A stretch of DNA of 64,000 nucleotides from Octopus vulgaris (Eukaryota), in assembly GCA_951406725.2 (NCBI GenBank), contig OX597814.1:24242001-24306000 (forward strand), given 5' to 3'. The notes beneath the pieces were generated by a model. That model was not told where the DNA came from. It did not search any database and saw only the letters and a list, made by a program, of their open reading frames with translations. A program made the translations under genes and the position numbers. Numbering within the stretch: the first letter of the stretch is position 1; each line of letters begins with the position of its first letter. Positions 52,717 to 64,000 of this stretch are shown piece after piece.

Positions 52717-54589
52717 GTATTGATGAATGGATGTGTGAGTGTGTATGTATGTATGACTGTTTGTCAGTGTGTGTATGTGTGTGTGTGTACGTGTGTGCAT
52801 GCATGTATGTACACATATATGCAGACAGGAATACATATATTTACATACATCTATGTGAGTGTATATTCATGCATTTGTATAGTGATCAAACAAAATAGCT
52901 GATGCATTAATGAGGGGGTCAGTAGGCTTACAGCTGTTCCTGATTTGGTGTTGTGAATGCATGGCCAGCAGAATAGAAAGAAGAAAATATAATATGATGC
53001 GAGCCTAAAGGATTTGGTGGGATCAATGGTGTTTGGCATTGCTGGAGGGAGCGATACTGTCATCAGTTGCCAAAACCTTTGTGTTCTGTGGTCGACAGTT
53101 GATGAAGGGAATGTCCCACAGTGTAAAGTGTGTCAATGATAATAAAACACGCATATGCATATACTAAATACATATATACATTATATGCATGGATACACGT
53201 ACACACACACACAAACACATGCATATATATAGACATATATACATACACATATATTGTATGTATACACATACACAAATGGATATGTGCATGTGTTTGTATA
53301 TGTGTATAGCAAATACTTATCCTCAAACGCATTGGCTTGGGTATATATTTGCTCTTTTATCACATCATAAAATAGTAATATTTTGACAATAATATTCAGT
53401 TCCCTCACAAAATTTTCAAGAGACCTTATTATTCCCTAACATTTTTATCTTTACAGTCGAACACAAAAATCCATTTGGTAGTTCACTTTTAAATATACAG
53501 TAATAAATTATGCTTCCCTATAGATTTCAAATATACACATGGCTTTCTATTCATTTCAAAGAAAAATTATGGAAGTGTTAACAAAATGAATGACACTGAT
53601 GTCAGTCATTGGAAATAATGACTTCTTACTTAGTCCCAAAGTCAAGTTCATAGAAAAGAAGAATGAGGTTGTAAAATGTTAGTTTTTCTCAAGAGCATTG
53701 GAAGTATAAATGATTTAAATTGGCTTCAACTCAGATTGAAAACAAGTCATCTAATGGGCTTTTTTTTTAATGGAGCCTACTGGACTATCTTCTTATGGTG
53801 TAGACTAAAACTGAGCATTAGGCTGAATGTAAGAGTATATATGTAATAGTAACAAAGTTTCGAACCCATCCTGCTTATGTTATAGTTCAACATTTATTTA
53901 CATTTTGTCACCATAAAAATAAAATTGAAAGTGATATAAAAGAAAAAAGATATTGTTTTTGAACGGCAAAAGAAATATCCTTGCTATTGGAATGAGACTG
54001 ATGACACAGCATGCCAAGCTAAAATTCTGTAAACCTATCGTACAGATTTACCAATCGTTAAAGTATCATTTTATCAAATGAATATTCATGACAGGTCTAG
54101 TGCCATTCAAAGAGACATTGACGACAAATTGGATATGATATTTCTGAATAATGTGACATGAATGAAGACTAAAAGTTACAGAAGAGAAGCTTGTGTATGC
54201 ATACGTGTGAGGAAAGAAAATAAGAAAATGATATGTTTTTATTTTAAAAAAAAGAAAAAAAGGGAGAAAGAAGAGATTCTTAACTGTTTGAATTTGAAGT
54301 TCTTTGCTATCTTTGTTAAAGAAGTTCAAAACTGTATTGAAACTCAGTGAATTAGAAATAAACATAAAAATGCTATGTAATATAATGAGCTGAAAATCTT
54401 CAGATAATGAGATAATACACCAAGTGGTTTGTAGACAAAACTCCTTTTAGAGAAGTTTGAAATTTCAAAACAACAAGCAAGAAAGATAATTCAGATATGC
54501 TCAGTTTGGGGAAGGAAGAGTAGTATCTCTTCTCTGAAGAGCAGCCAACAAACTGTGACGAACTGCAGAAGACTCTCTCTCTCTTTGTT

Positions 54590-54622
<33 letters not shown>

Positions 54623-54623
<1 letters not shown>

Positions 54624-54810
54624 GGTGGTGAGCTAAGTGCTTAGCAGTATTCGTCTATCTTTACATTCTGAGTTCAAACTCCAACGAGATCGACTTTGCC
54701 TTTCATCCTTTCAGGGTCCAGAAATTAAGTACCAGTTGCGTACTGGGGTCAATCTAATCGACTGGCCCCCATCTCCAGAAATTTCGGGCCTTGAGATCAG
54801 AGTATAAAAG
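54623..54810 (+). mobile_element. SINE family A (alternative tail) between (ATT)n tracts
   Basis: ttctgagttcaaactccaacgagatcgactttgcctttcatcctttc ... gtaccagttgcgtactggggtc. Confidence 0.85.
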
Positions 54811-54832
54811 ATTATTGTTATTATTATTATCA

Positions 54833-55098
54833 TTTCCAGTTCACTTCTAAGAACACTTGATTTCACTTACTTCAGCAAATTCTATAAGAGTGGAGAACAT
54901 CCCGTGTAAATACTGGCCAACTTTGTCATGTTTTGATTCATACTCTACTGGTGCTAAAACTTTACATCCAGAGATTAAAGGATCCACAGCTTCAATCTCA
55001 TCATTGCAGAATCAGCACTTTGGATTAACTCCATTTTTCACTACATCAGTTTGGTAGTTCTGAGTCAATAAGATTTGATCTTGAGCAGCTAAGATGAA
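54833..55098 (-). mobile_element. R4/Dong-type (RLE) non-LTR retrotransposon relic, zinc-knuckle region
   Basis: Minus-strand translation FILAAQDQILLTQNYQTDVVKNGVNPKC*FCNDEIEAVDPLISGCKVLAPVEYESKHDKVGQYLH matches the AAQDQ...CRxC...ETxxHxxSGC...RHD motif. Confidence 0.85.
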
Positions 55099-55548
55099 GA
55101 TATGCATCAGGTCTCTGGGCTGAGGATACATTCTTTTCTCTCCATATTCTCCCTTACTGCACTATCAGAAGTTGTTCTATGTTGTATCCAATGTCTTTGT
55201 TGTGGGTCTTGCATTTCTTTGACCCACATACTGGGGCACAAATGAGTAAACTGATGCATGACTGAAAAAAATTTCACCTGTGTTTTGATCGCATTCAGTT
55301 TTAAAGGCACAGAAAATAGTGCTGTAAGAGAATTTCTATTGATATATATATATATATTAAAGTGTTTGTTGCATTACTTGATGCGAGTGAAGATTCGGTC
55401 TGCTTCTTGGGTTTTTTTTATAAGCAGAGGTGTATAATATTTTCCTGATTGCTCTCTTCTGCATTATTTGCTGCAGCATGAAAATTCTGTTCACTTTCAT
55501 GCAATTTTCCCACCTACTTTCTTTGACTTGTAACAGATAGATCTAAAA

Positions 55549-55779
55549 GGTGGCTAGCTGGCAGAAACGTAAGCACGTCGAGCAAAATGCTTAGTGGTAT
55601 TTCATCTGTCTTTACGTTCTGAGTTCAAATTCCACCAAGGTCGACTTTACCTTTCATCCTTTCGGGGTCGATAAATAAAGTACCAGTTACGCACTGGGGT
55701 CGATGTAATCGACTTAATCCCTTTGTCTGTCCTTGTTTGTCCCCTCTATGTTTAGCCCCTTGTGGACAATAAAGAAATA
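55549..55779 (+). mobile_element. Full-length SINE family A with perfect 14-bp target-site duplication
   Basis: agatagatctaaaa at 55535-55548 and 55780-55793. Confidence 0.95.
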
Positions 55780-58770
55780 AGATAGATCTAAAATTCAAGT
55801 ACTTCCATTCTTGTATGGAAGGAATGTTAGCCTTTGCACATTTGTTATATGAACAGGCTGAAAATTTTGATTTCATGTAAGAGTGGTTACTGCTATTGTT
55901 GTTGATATATTACTGTTACTTTCTTCAAGATAACTTATTTGAGTATTTCAGATATTGTTTCCATTAATTATTCACCAAAGTGTTCATTTTCCCCTTTCCC
56001 TTATAAATTCTATAGTGTATTTTGATTTTGTCATTGTAGTGTATAGCTGTGTAGCATAATTCTGTATGGTAGCCATTTTGAATGTGAAAATGCAATGTGT
56101 TGTAAATATAATTTTAGAAGTTTATCAATGAAGCATCATTTTTTTCTGTAGACTACCTCAGGTATTGAGGGCAGACCTTCCTTAGGTGATCATAATTCTT
56201 CTTACAAGTAATCCAATGAAAAATATTTTTCTAGTAATACATAAATAGATCATATGTCAAAGAGAGAATAAAAAATATATCTTGACACTATGAAAATCAA
56301 ATGTAATAATAAATTATAACAGTAATAATAAAAATTGCTTAGTTATACTAAATTTATATATGTTTAATTCCCAAATACCACCAGGTACCTTATTCCTGTA
56401 TATTTACATAATACCAGGTTGGATTTGAACTTGGAACCTTGATTTCTTGATTAAGGATAAAAGCAGCCTATCTACCAGGATAATGGTGTTAATAGCCCCA
56501 CCAAATTATTATCATATTATCTAAAAATGTCAAGTAAAATTATACAACATTTGATTCAAAATTTGGCATCTTGCCTAGTAAAAAAAAATCAATATTTCTA
56601 TCCAACCCCATTATTTTCTACTTTTCAACTCTACCTCTTGGGGATAAAGCAATTCAGTATAAATTAATTATTTCCTTTTTCTTATCTCCTACTGACAAAG
56701 GTAGGCAATTCTGATAAGCTATAATACCGAGTTGCTAAGTAATAAAGGGTGAGAGTTTGTACATGAACTTAATAGTTTTGGGTCCTCGTCCAATTTCACT
56801 TTTATTTACAGATTAGTAAATTAACTACAGACATAAACTTGATTATTTCACTGTTAAAAATTACATTCTTACTTTTTGCTTGTAGTTTATTTAAAGGGCA
56901 GACATACACTGCATTGACTGATAGTAAGTATCTAAAAGTTTCTTTCTTGATGTTCTTTAAATAATTGCTTACTTTATTTGGCATTTCAGAAAATAAGAAA
57001 CATTACTTTTGAGAATGAAGTTGTTGACTCCAAAGTAAACTATGATTAGACAGACTTATGGTCAAAGGCATTCTGGCTGTAAAATTTTACCTTTTTGTGT
57101 ATCATAGAATACATTGTCCTATGTTATCTTCCAATAAGATGATAGAAAGTGATTTAAGAAAGATTAGGCTGTTATTTCTAGCTCAAATGAAAAAATGGAG
57201 ATGGTTGGTGTGTTTAGTATGGCAAATGCTTTATTTTCAGTGTTGAAATGTTCAATTTACAGGATGTAGACTTTTGTATTTAAGTACTGTCTAAATTATT
57301 TCTATGAGTTAATTAGAGAAAATAAAATGTTCTGTCACTAACATTTTACTTATGTCAAATTTGAACAAACTGCTGCATTAAATTAAGGACTTTCTCCTAA
57401 GTACTGAAGATATTTCGATCTCGGAACAATGAAATCTTGCAAGTTAGTAGAAAGTGGGAAGCTTGATAGCATCAGAATTTCATGGAAATCATGAAGGAAG
57501 CTGACTCTATTAATGCATATGTAGTCAGCTAGATGCCATACTGTGAATAGATTTGCAGGAAATTTAAGCTCTCCAAGTCATTAGGTAGGTTCCATTGAGA
57601 TGAATTGCTATGGTTTTGGATGATATTGGTAAAGTGCCAGCTGTCTAGTTAGTCTGACCACTGTAAAAGCAGTAATTGCAAGTAAGAAATCAAGAAAAGA
57701 AATAGTGAGGGAAAGAAAAATAAAGAGACACAATTTGATAGCAATGTAGATGGTGAAGGAAGGAGGGTAAAAAAGACACGGAGAAGGAAGCTGAAAGAGT
57801 AATTTATGGCAATGCAGTTTAACACATTTCAGATATTGATTAGATTTTCTTTTTAGATTGCAAGGATTTTAGGTTTCTCAGGAAATTTTGAAGAATAATT
57901 TAGGAAAAAAAAAATGTAGAGTAAATAACAAAAAAAAAAAAAACCCAAAATCCTGTTCTGAATATTCATAGCATCTTTATTACTTTGCTGGATTATTAAA
58001 GGAGAAAAATAATTTTTTCACTGTTGCATTTCATTCACAAGGAAAGAAAAAAACCCCAAAAAATACAAGTTGAAAGTAACATTTTGATACTAAAAAAGAT
58101 GGAAATTTGATCTTAGAATGAGACCCGTATTCCAGATTTTAAATGTTAACTGTTTTGAGTGTATTTGAATGTGGCAGCTAACTTGAAGTCATATGAGGTG
58201 AATATAAAACTATATCTGATATTATTTGCATTTCATCTGTTTAAAATTAGCAGAATAGTGTTGTTTAAATTTCATGGGAATGCAATTGAAATTGAAACCT
58301 TAGAAAATAATTTTTAGAATCAAACTTAAATTGATTATAGATGATAAGGGATTAAATGAAGCTCTGTGGTTAGATTACTGAGCTGCTAGTCCTTAGGTAA
58401 AAGGTTTAATCCTGCTATAAATCATTGGGAAGGCTAGCCTGCATCTGTGCATTTGATTAAATATAAAATACTATAGGCATCACTAACTAATGAATATGAT
58501 CTGATAGCATGGTCCATGCTCTTGTTAACTGCTTTAGGCATCTATGTAGTCATGGGGTGAGATTGTTAGTCTCATAGCCCACACAGTTCTTGAGCCAGTG
58601 AAACATTGAGGATGTCACAGGTGGAGAGAGAAAGCTGCTCTAGCACTCAGCCGGTACCCATTTTTAATTGCAAACACTGAAAGAATATGAAGTGAAATAC
58701 CTTGCTCAATAACAAAACATGCTACCTGGTCCAGCAATCTAATCCACGACCTTATTATGAATCAGATACC

Positions 58771-59001
58771 TCTTTCTTTACTGCCCACAAGGGGCTAAAC
58801 ACAGAATGGACAAACAAGGACAGACAAACAGATTAAATCGATTACATCGACCCCAGTATGTAACTGGTACTTATTTAATCGACCCCGAAAGGATGAAAGG
58901 CAAAGTCGACCTCGGCGGAATTTGAACTCAGAATGTAATGGCAGACGAAATACGGTTACGCATTTCGCCCGGCATGCTAACGTTTCTGCCAGCTCGCCGC
59001 C
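58771..59001 (-). mobile_element. Full-length SINE family A with target-site duplication
   Basis: ttattatgaatca(g/a)atacc at 58752-58770 and 59002-59020. Confidence 0.95.
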
Positions 59002-60559
59002 TTATTATGAATCAAATACCCTTTCACAAAGCCACATGCCTTTGCTTGATTTTAATGTAGGCATTGGTTTTGTATATACATTTAGGTACCGAAGGGCATT
59101 AGAAAGAATGCAACAATTAAATCTTAAAAAATTGTGAAGTTTCAAAATATACGTAAATATTAAAGCTAAGTTGTTTTTAGAACTAATGAGAAAATATTGG
59201 GGTTTTTTTTCTGAGTATGGAGTATTTCAAGGTGTTTAGCCTCTGTTTGTTATCTGGTACTCCAAACTCTTATCTGACGTGCTATTAACATCATTAATCT
59301 TTGTTTTTGTGTCAGCACTTCCGTGCTTGTATGGGTCAGGCAGGACTCATTAAGGCTGATTTTTCTATAGCTGGATACTCATCCTGTCATCAACACTCAC
59401 TTGTTTTTAAGCAGGTTTATATTTCCTTTGTGTTTAGACATGTTTTCATTGAATAATGGGAACTAGAGTCACTGCTTATATGCAAAATTTTTTTCTAACA
59501 AATGACATGTGATACCAATGAAAAAAGACACTTATACATATCTATCCTCACATGGTCATATTTCCTCTAGTCTGGGAGACTTCATGCAAGCATTATTTTC
59601 TTGTAGAGCACGCACAAAACCTTTTATTTACAGTTTACAATGTCAATACAATGTCTCACACATACACACTCACATATGCACACACATACACACATGCATG
59701 CATACACACAGATATATGTATTTATATAGACATATGCACAGTCAATGGTTGTTGACTGTATTTTAGTTAAAGCTACATATGTGTGTGTGTGTGTGTTATA
59801 TCATCATAATCATCCAGCTCATCATTATTTTAATGTTTATTTTCCATGGTAGGATGTGTTGGGCTGAGCCCCACAGAAGGCCATGTTGAGCTCCCCTGCA
59901 TGCTTTGGCATGGTTTCCATGGCTGGATACCCTTCCACTTTACAGAGTGTATTGAGTGCATTTTTTTTTTGTGCCACCAGAACTGGTGAAATTGCCTAGT
60001 AACTTGCAAGAGAAGAAAATAACAGTAAGAAGGAAAAAGGGAAGAGTTCCCTTGAGTTGGGAGAGCATTTTGGAAGTGGAAAGGGTGGTGGTTCTATGCC
60101 AAGAGTTGAGGGGCTAAGATGTATGTGCATATATGTATGCTATAGGCTATTTTTCATTTACTGTATTCACTTATAAGGCCTTGGGTTTATTGTAGAAGAC
60201 TGTTGTAGAAATCCATGGATCTGCACAGTGGGATTGGAATGGGTTCATTAGTGATTGAACGTCACTCAGTTTAGTGACCCTTCTCTAAATGTAGTTTAAG
60301 ATGTCTTATTGTGTGGCAGCAACAACATCCCAGATATGGCAGCAGTATTACACTGAAGTCCTCACTTGAGCTTTGTGGATGTCAGCAGTTGTTGAGGCTA
60401 AAACATTTTTTGTTGTGCCAGAGTTGTATGCAGCTCCTAATATACTTGTCTTCTGTGTGTGTTGTATGTGTGTGTGTACGTGTGTGTGCATGTGCATGAA
60501 GTATACTTATGATGTTGAATGCAATGTTTTGTTGTATTTAATATTCTCCTAGGTTGCTA

Positions 60560-62200
60560 GTATGAAGCAAGAGTGGAGCTATGGTACCTGCTACTTTGTA
60601 TCTGTTAGAAAGCCCAGTTTCTAAACATTTTGTTCGTGGTGAATTAAAAAGGGTTGGGGTAGTTGTAAAGCAGGAATGATGGGATGATGAGAGCATGATG
60701 TCATTTGCATATGAAGCTGTTGGTATTCTTTATGGAAGTTGTGTGAAGGACATGTTTGCTGAAAAGAGTGTGTGAGAGAGCTGATTCTTGTGGTAATTCA
60801 TTCAGGAAATTGTAGGGTCTAGAAGAATTGCTCTTTGACATGACAGGTAGTTTGCAAGCCAGCATGTTCTATTGTCTCTTAAAGTGATGCTGAGTATTTT
60901 TATATGAGTGGATAGTGGAGAAAGGAATTAAAAACTTTGCTGATATCAAGAATAGTTAGAATGGTACATGTGGGAGGGAAAGTATTTTCGCAATTGAAGT
61001 CATTATGTAATTCTGTGTTAGGTTTGTGAGTAGGGTGGTCAAGTGATGCTCTTGTTTGATAATGTATTAGGATTTGGAGACTGTTATGTATGGGGTTGTG
61101 CTGACATGGTCCAGCCTTTCTATAATTTTTTGAGAGTAATGTGTGTAAGAGGGTAATGTACCTCTGTGATGCTATTCACTTGAATTTTTCTCGTAATCTA
61201 AAATCGTTATGATTCTATCTAATTTCTAAATTCTGGGAAATTGACTTAGCTCTGAGGCTATGGAATTTTTCAATTTCTTTATTGCTTCTTAGGTGCCTGA
61301 TTGAATAAAAGGGGTCAGAAGAGAGATGTAGAAGGTATTTATTTTTATTTTGTGTTTCCATCCTATTTTTATAGTTTTTATTGACTGATTGTTGTTGATG
61401 TTGCTGCTAATTACTCTATATTGTGGTTTTCTGTTTGTTTCGTGGTTGATGTTCAATTCTGTTTACATGGATTCTGTTTATATAGATTTTTATGTTTGCC
61501 TTTATTTTTATTTTTCTATGGTTTATTATTATTTTTATTATTTTCGTTTTTAGTCATCTCATACTGAGTTTATTTTGGTTATGTGTTGTTTTGGTGTATT
61601 GTATTTGTGGTTGTCTCTGTTTTTTATGAGGTTGGATATTTCTGGAGTTGTATTTCTCGGGTTGTATTTCTTTTTGTTGCCTGGCTGGATATGTTTTCTT
61701 TAGATGTGTCTATAATTATTTTGTTAAATGTATGTACTACAGTGTCTATGTTGGTGATTGTAGTGTTGTTAAATTCTGAAAACTTTGATTCTGTTTCTTG
61801 GTTGAAGTCATTCAATTGTGCTTTTTTTGAAGTTCGTAAAAGTATTTTTGCTTTCTTCATTGATGTGTAAATATGCTATGATATAAATGGTAGGGTGGTT
61901 TGAGAAAAGTTAGCAAGTTGTTTGCTAAGCAGTTATGAAAACTAAATGTGGGGAACAGGAGGTATCGTCTGGAGAAGAGTTACTGTAACTGGATATGTGA
62001 GATGTGTATGTATTAACGTGGTAGATTTAGGAAACAGAAGAATTCTACTTGCGATGATATTATGTCATCTCATCACTCTTGTTATGAGAATTATTTGAAA
62101 ATAAGGAGGTGTTAAGTGCATTGAAGTCTTGCTCATTGATGATGTTTGGGAGAGTCTTAAAGTGCTGTAGCTGGGTGGTGTAAGCTGGATAAGGTGGTTG
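60560..62200 (-). mobile_element. Decayed APE-RT LINE (I/Jockey-like)
   Basis: Endonuclease motifs QDFNA, SSPD and SNH (for GDFNA, SPD, SDH) at about 62130-61895. RT motifs LPQESALSHTLF (PQGSxLSPxLF) at about 60795 and ASYANDIML (YADD) at about 60710. Many stops. Confidence 0.75.
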
Positions 62201-62204
62201 ATGG

Positions 62205-62309
<105 letters not shown>

Positions 62310-62439
62310 TTATATATATATTATATATATATATATACATAATATAATATAAATAAAAATATATATATATTTATATATATATATATATATGTACATACAT
62401 ACATATATATGTATATATATATATGTATATGCATATATG

Positions 62440-63350
62440 GGTGCAGGATGTCACAAAATATAAACAACATGAAATACGACAACTACATGAAGTACGAAGA
62501 CAAACTTGGGTATATGGACAACCAGAGAAATAAATGGAAAACAAGAGAAGTAACATAAAGAACGACCCTTCATTAGTTGTTGGCTGTCCATCTGCTCCTC
62601 ACTTCAAGCAATTAACGACAATATAAGGCTTTGAAAGGCAGTTGCTCCTGAAAACCAAAATAAAATTTGGGATTTGCGGAGGGTGAAAGTTGGTAACAAA
62701 AACAGGACAATGGAGACATACAACAAGCCATACAAAAACAAAAATGGAGGGCCTTTAGGCCAGACACAGTAAGGTAGTGAACGCTGGAGGAATATTGTCT
62801 TTGGCAAGAAAAAAGATGGAAGAGGAGACAGATAAGAATGCGTCTGGTCTCTATGACAGACTGAAAGGAAAGAAAGACGACCATGTGAGGAAAAGAAAGA
62901 TGGGCGGTGGTCACGTGTGAGCAATGAGAGAGAGAGTAAAGGAGAAAGAGGAAGAGAGAAAGAAAACGGTGAAGGGGTGAAAAAAAAGAATTAGAGAAAG
63001 GATGAGAGAGAAAAATGGAAGGGGAGAAAGATAATTAGAGAAAGGAAGAGAGAGAAAACGAAAAGGAGAGAGAGAGAGAACAGCACAGGGTAGAGTCACA
63101 TCAAAATTATTAAGATAAGCTTACTTGGAAATGGATGCGTGGCATTCAATCATATAATGATATAAATAATACATATATATATATATATATATATATACAT
63201 ACATGTATATATAGAGAGAGATAGAGAGATAAATATATGCATATATACATACATATATGAACATACATATATATGTATATATATATATGCATATATGGGT
63301 ACAGGATGCCACAAAACATAAATAACATGAAATACGTAATACGTAAACAA
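62440..63350 (-). mobile_element. Probable Penelope-like terminal region with a direct repeat
   Basis: gcatatatgggt(g/a)caggatg(t/c)cacaaaa.ataaa.aacatgaaatacg occurs at about 62431 and 63290, each next to (TA)n; the PLE assignment is inference. Confidence 0.4.
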
Positions 63351-63517
63351 CATATATATATATTTACTGATATGTTTTATGTTGCTAGATAACCTTCAAT
63401 TCTAGTATAGTGTTGTTCTCTTTTAGTTTATAAATGTTATTTGTGGTATCTATATCTTTATTGAAAAAAAGCTTTTATGTATGTTATAAGACCAATACTG
63501 TTGTAAAAGCGTATGTC

Positions 63518-63802
63518 ACATGACTCAGTGGTTTGTGCATCAAGCTCACAATCATGAGGTTGTGAGTTTGATTCCCAGACTGGGCTGCGTGTTGTGTTCT
63601 TGAGCAAGACACTTTATTTCATGTTGCTCCAGTTCACTCAGCTGTAGAAATTAATTGCAATGTCACTGGTGCCAAGCTGTATCAGCCTTTGCCTTTCCCT
63701 TGGATAACATCAGTGGCATGGAGAGGGGAGGCTAGTATGCATGGACGACTGCAGGTCTTCCATAAAACAACCTTGCCCGAACTTGTGCCTCCGAGAGTAA
63801 CT
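63518..63802 (+). mobile_element. SINE with CORE/Meta-type domain and the family C tail
   Basis: tgactcagtggtt (A box), gagtttgattccc (B box), gtgttgtgttcttgagcaagacactttatttc, then the tail shared with about 33210-33350. Confidence 0.85.
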
Positions 63803-64000
63803 TCTGTTCTAGCCTGCCTGAAGAAAACTTGGTGATGGGAAGAAAGTCAATGTTATTTTCTGTTGAAAACTTTAAAATCACTTTATAGGTGTTTTAAGGC
63901 CTGCTTCATGTAGAGTTTTAGCTCTCTTCCTTTCTAATGTTTTTTTCACATGCAAAGAGAGATATTTTTATATGTTGAGACTTTGTTGTTCATCTACCAT

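Noticed and set aside
52925-53070. Split hammerhead-like halves (CTGATGA and GGAACAGCTGTA) on the minus strand
   Set aside because: About 120 nt apart, with a mutated GAAA box and no convincing stem I or II.

Overview
AT-rich, repeat-dense animal genomic DNA (intergenic or intronic), most likely from an octopus or another coleoid cephalopod. That assignment is my recognition of the tRNA-derived SINE families and the (CAT)n-tailed RTE ends, not a database search. I find no intact host gene, rRNA, true tRNA gene, CRISPR array or prokaryotic operon. Nearly all listed ORFs are translations of microsatellites or decayed transposons. The window is a layered transposon graveyard: three SINE families, many RTE 3' ends, relics of CR1, I/Jockey-type, R4/Dong-type, BovB-type and Penelope-like retroelements, a mariner nested in a mariner, a TTAA MITE nested in a TTAA MITE, and several long palindromes. 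The most interesting items are: (1) a young 5'-truncated RTE LINE (45772-49146, minus) with an open reading frame, a C4HC3 PHD finger just upstream of the late RT motif FRYLG, and its stop codon plus 3'UTR amplified 7 times in tandem; (2) a short structured insert (40390-40604, minus) with a complete type I hammerhead catalytic core, plus more decayed hammerhead relics elsewhere; (3) long hairpins that could make dsRNA or small RNAs. I cannot establish that any of these is undescribed without database searches.
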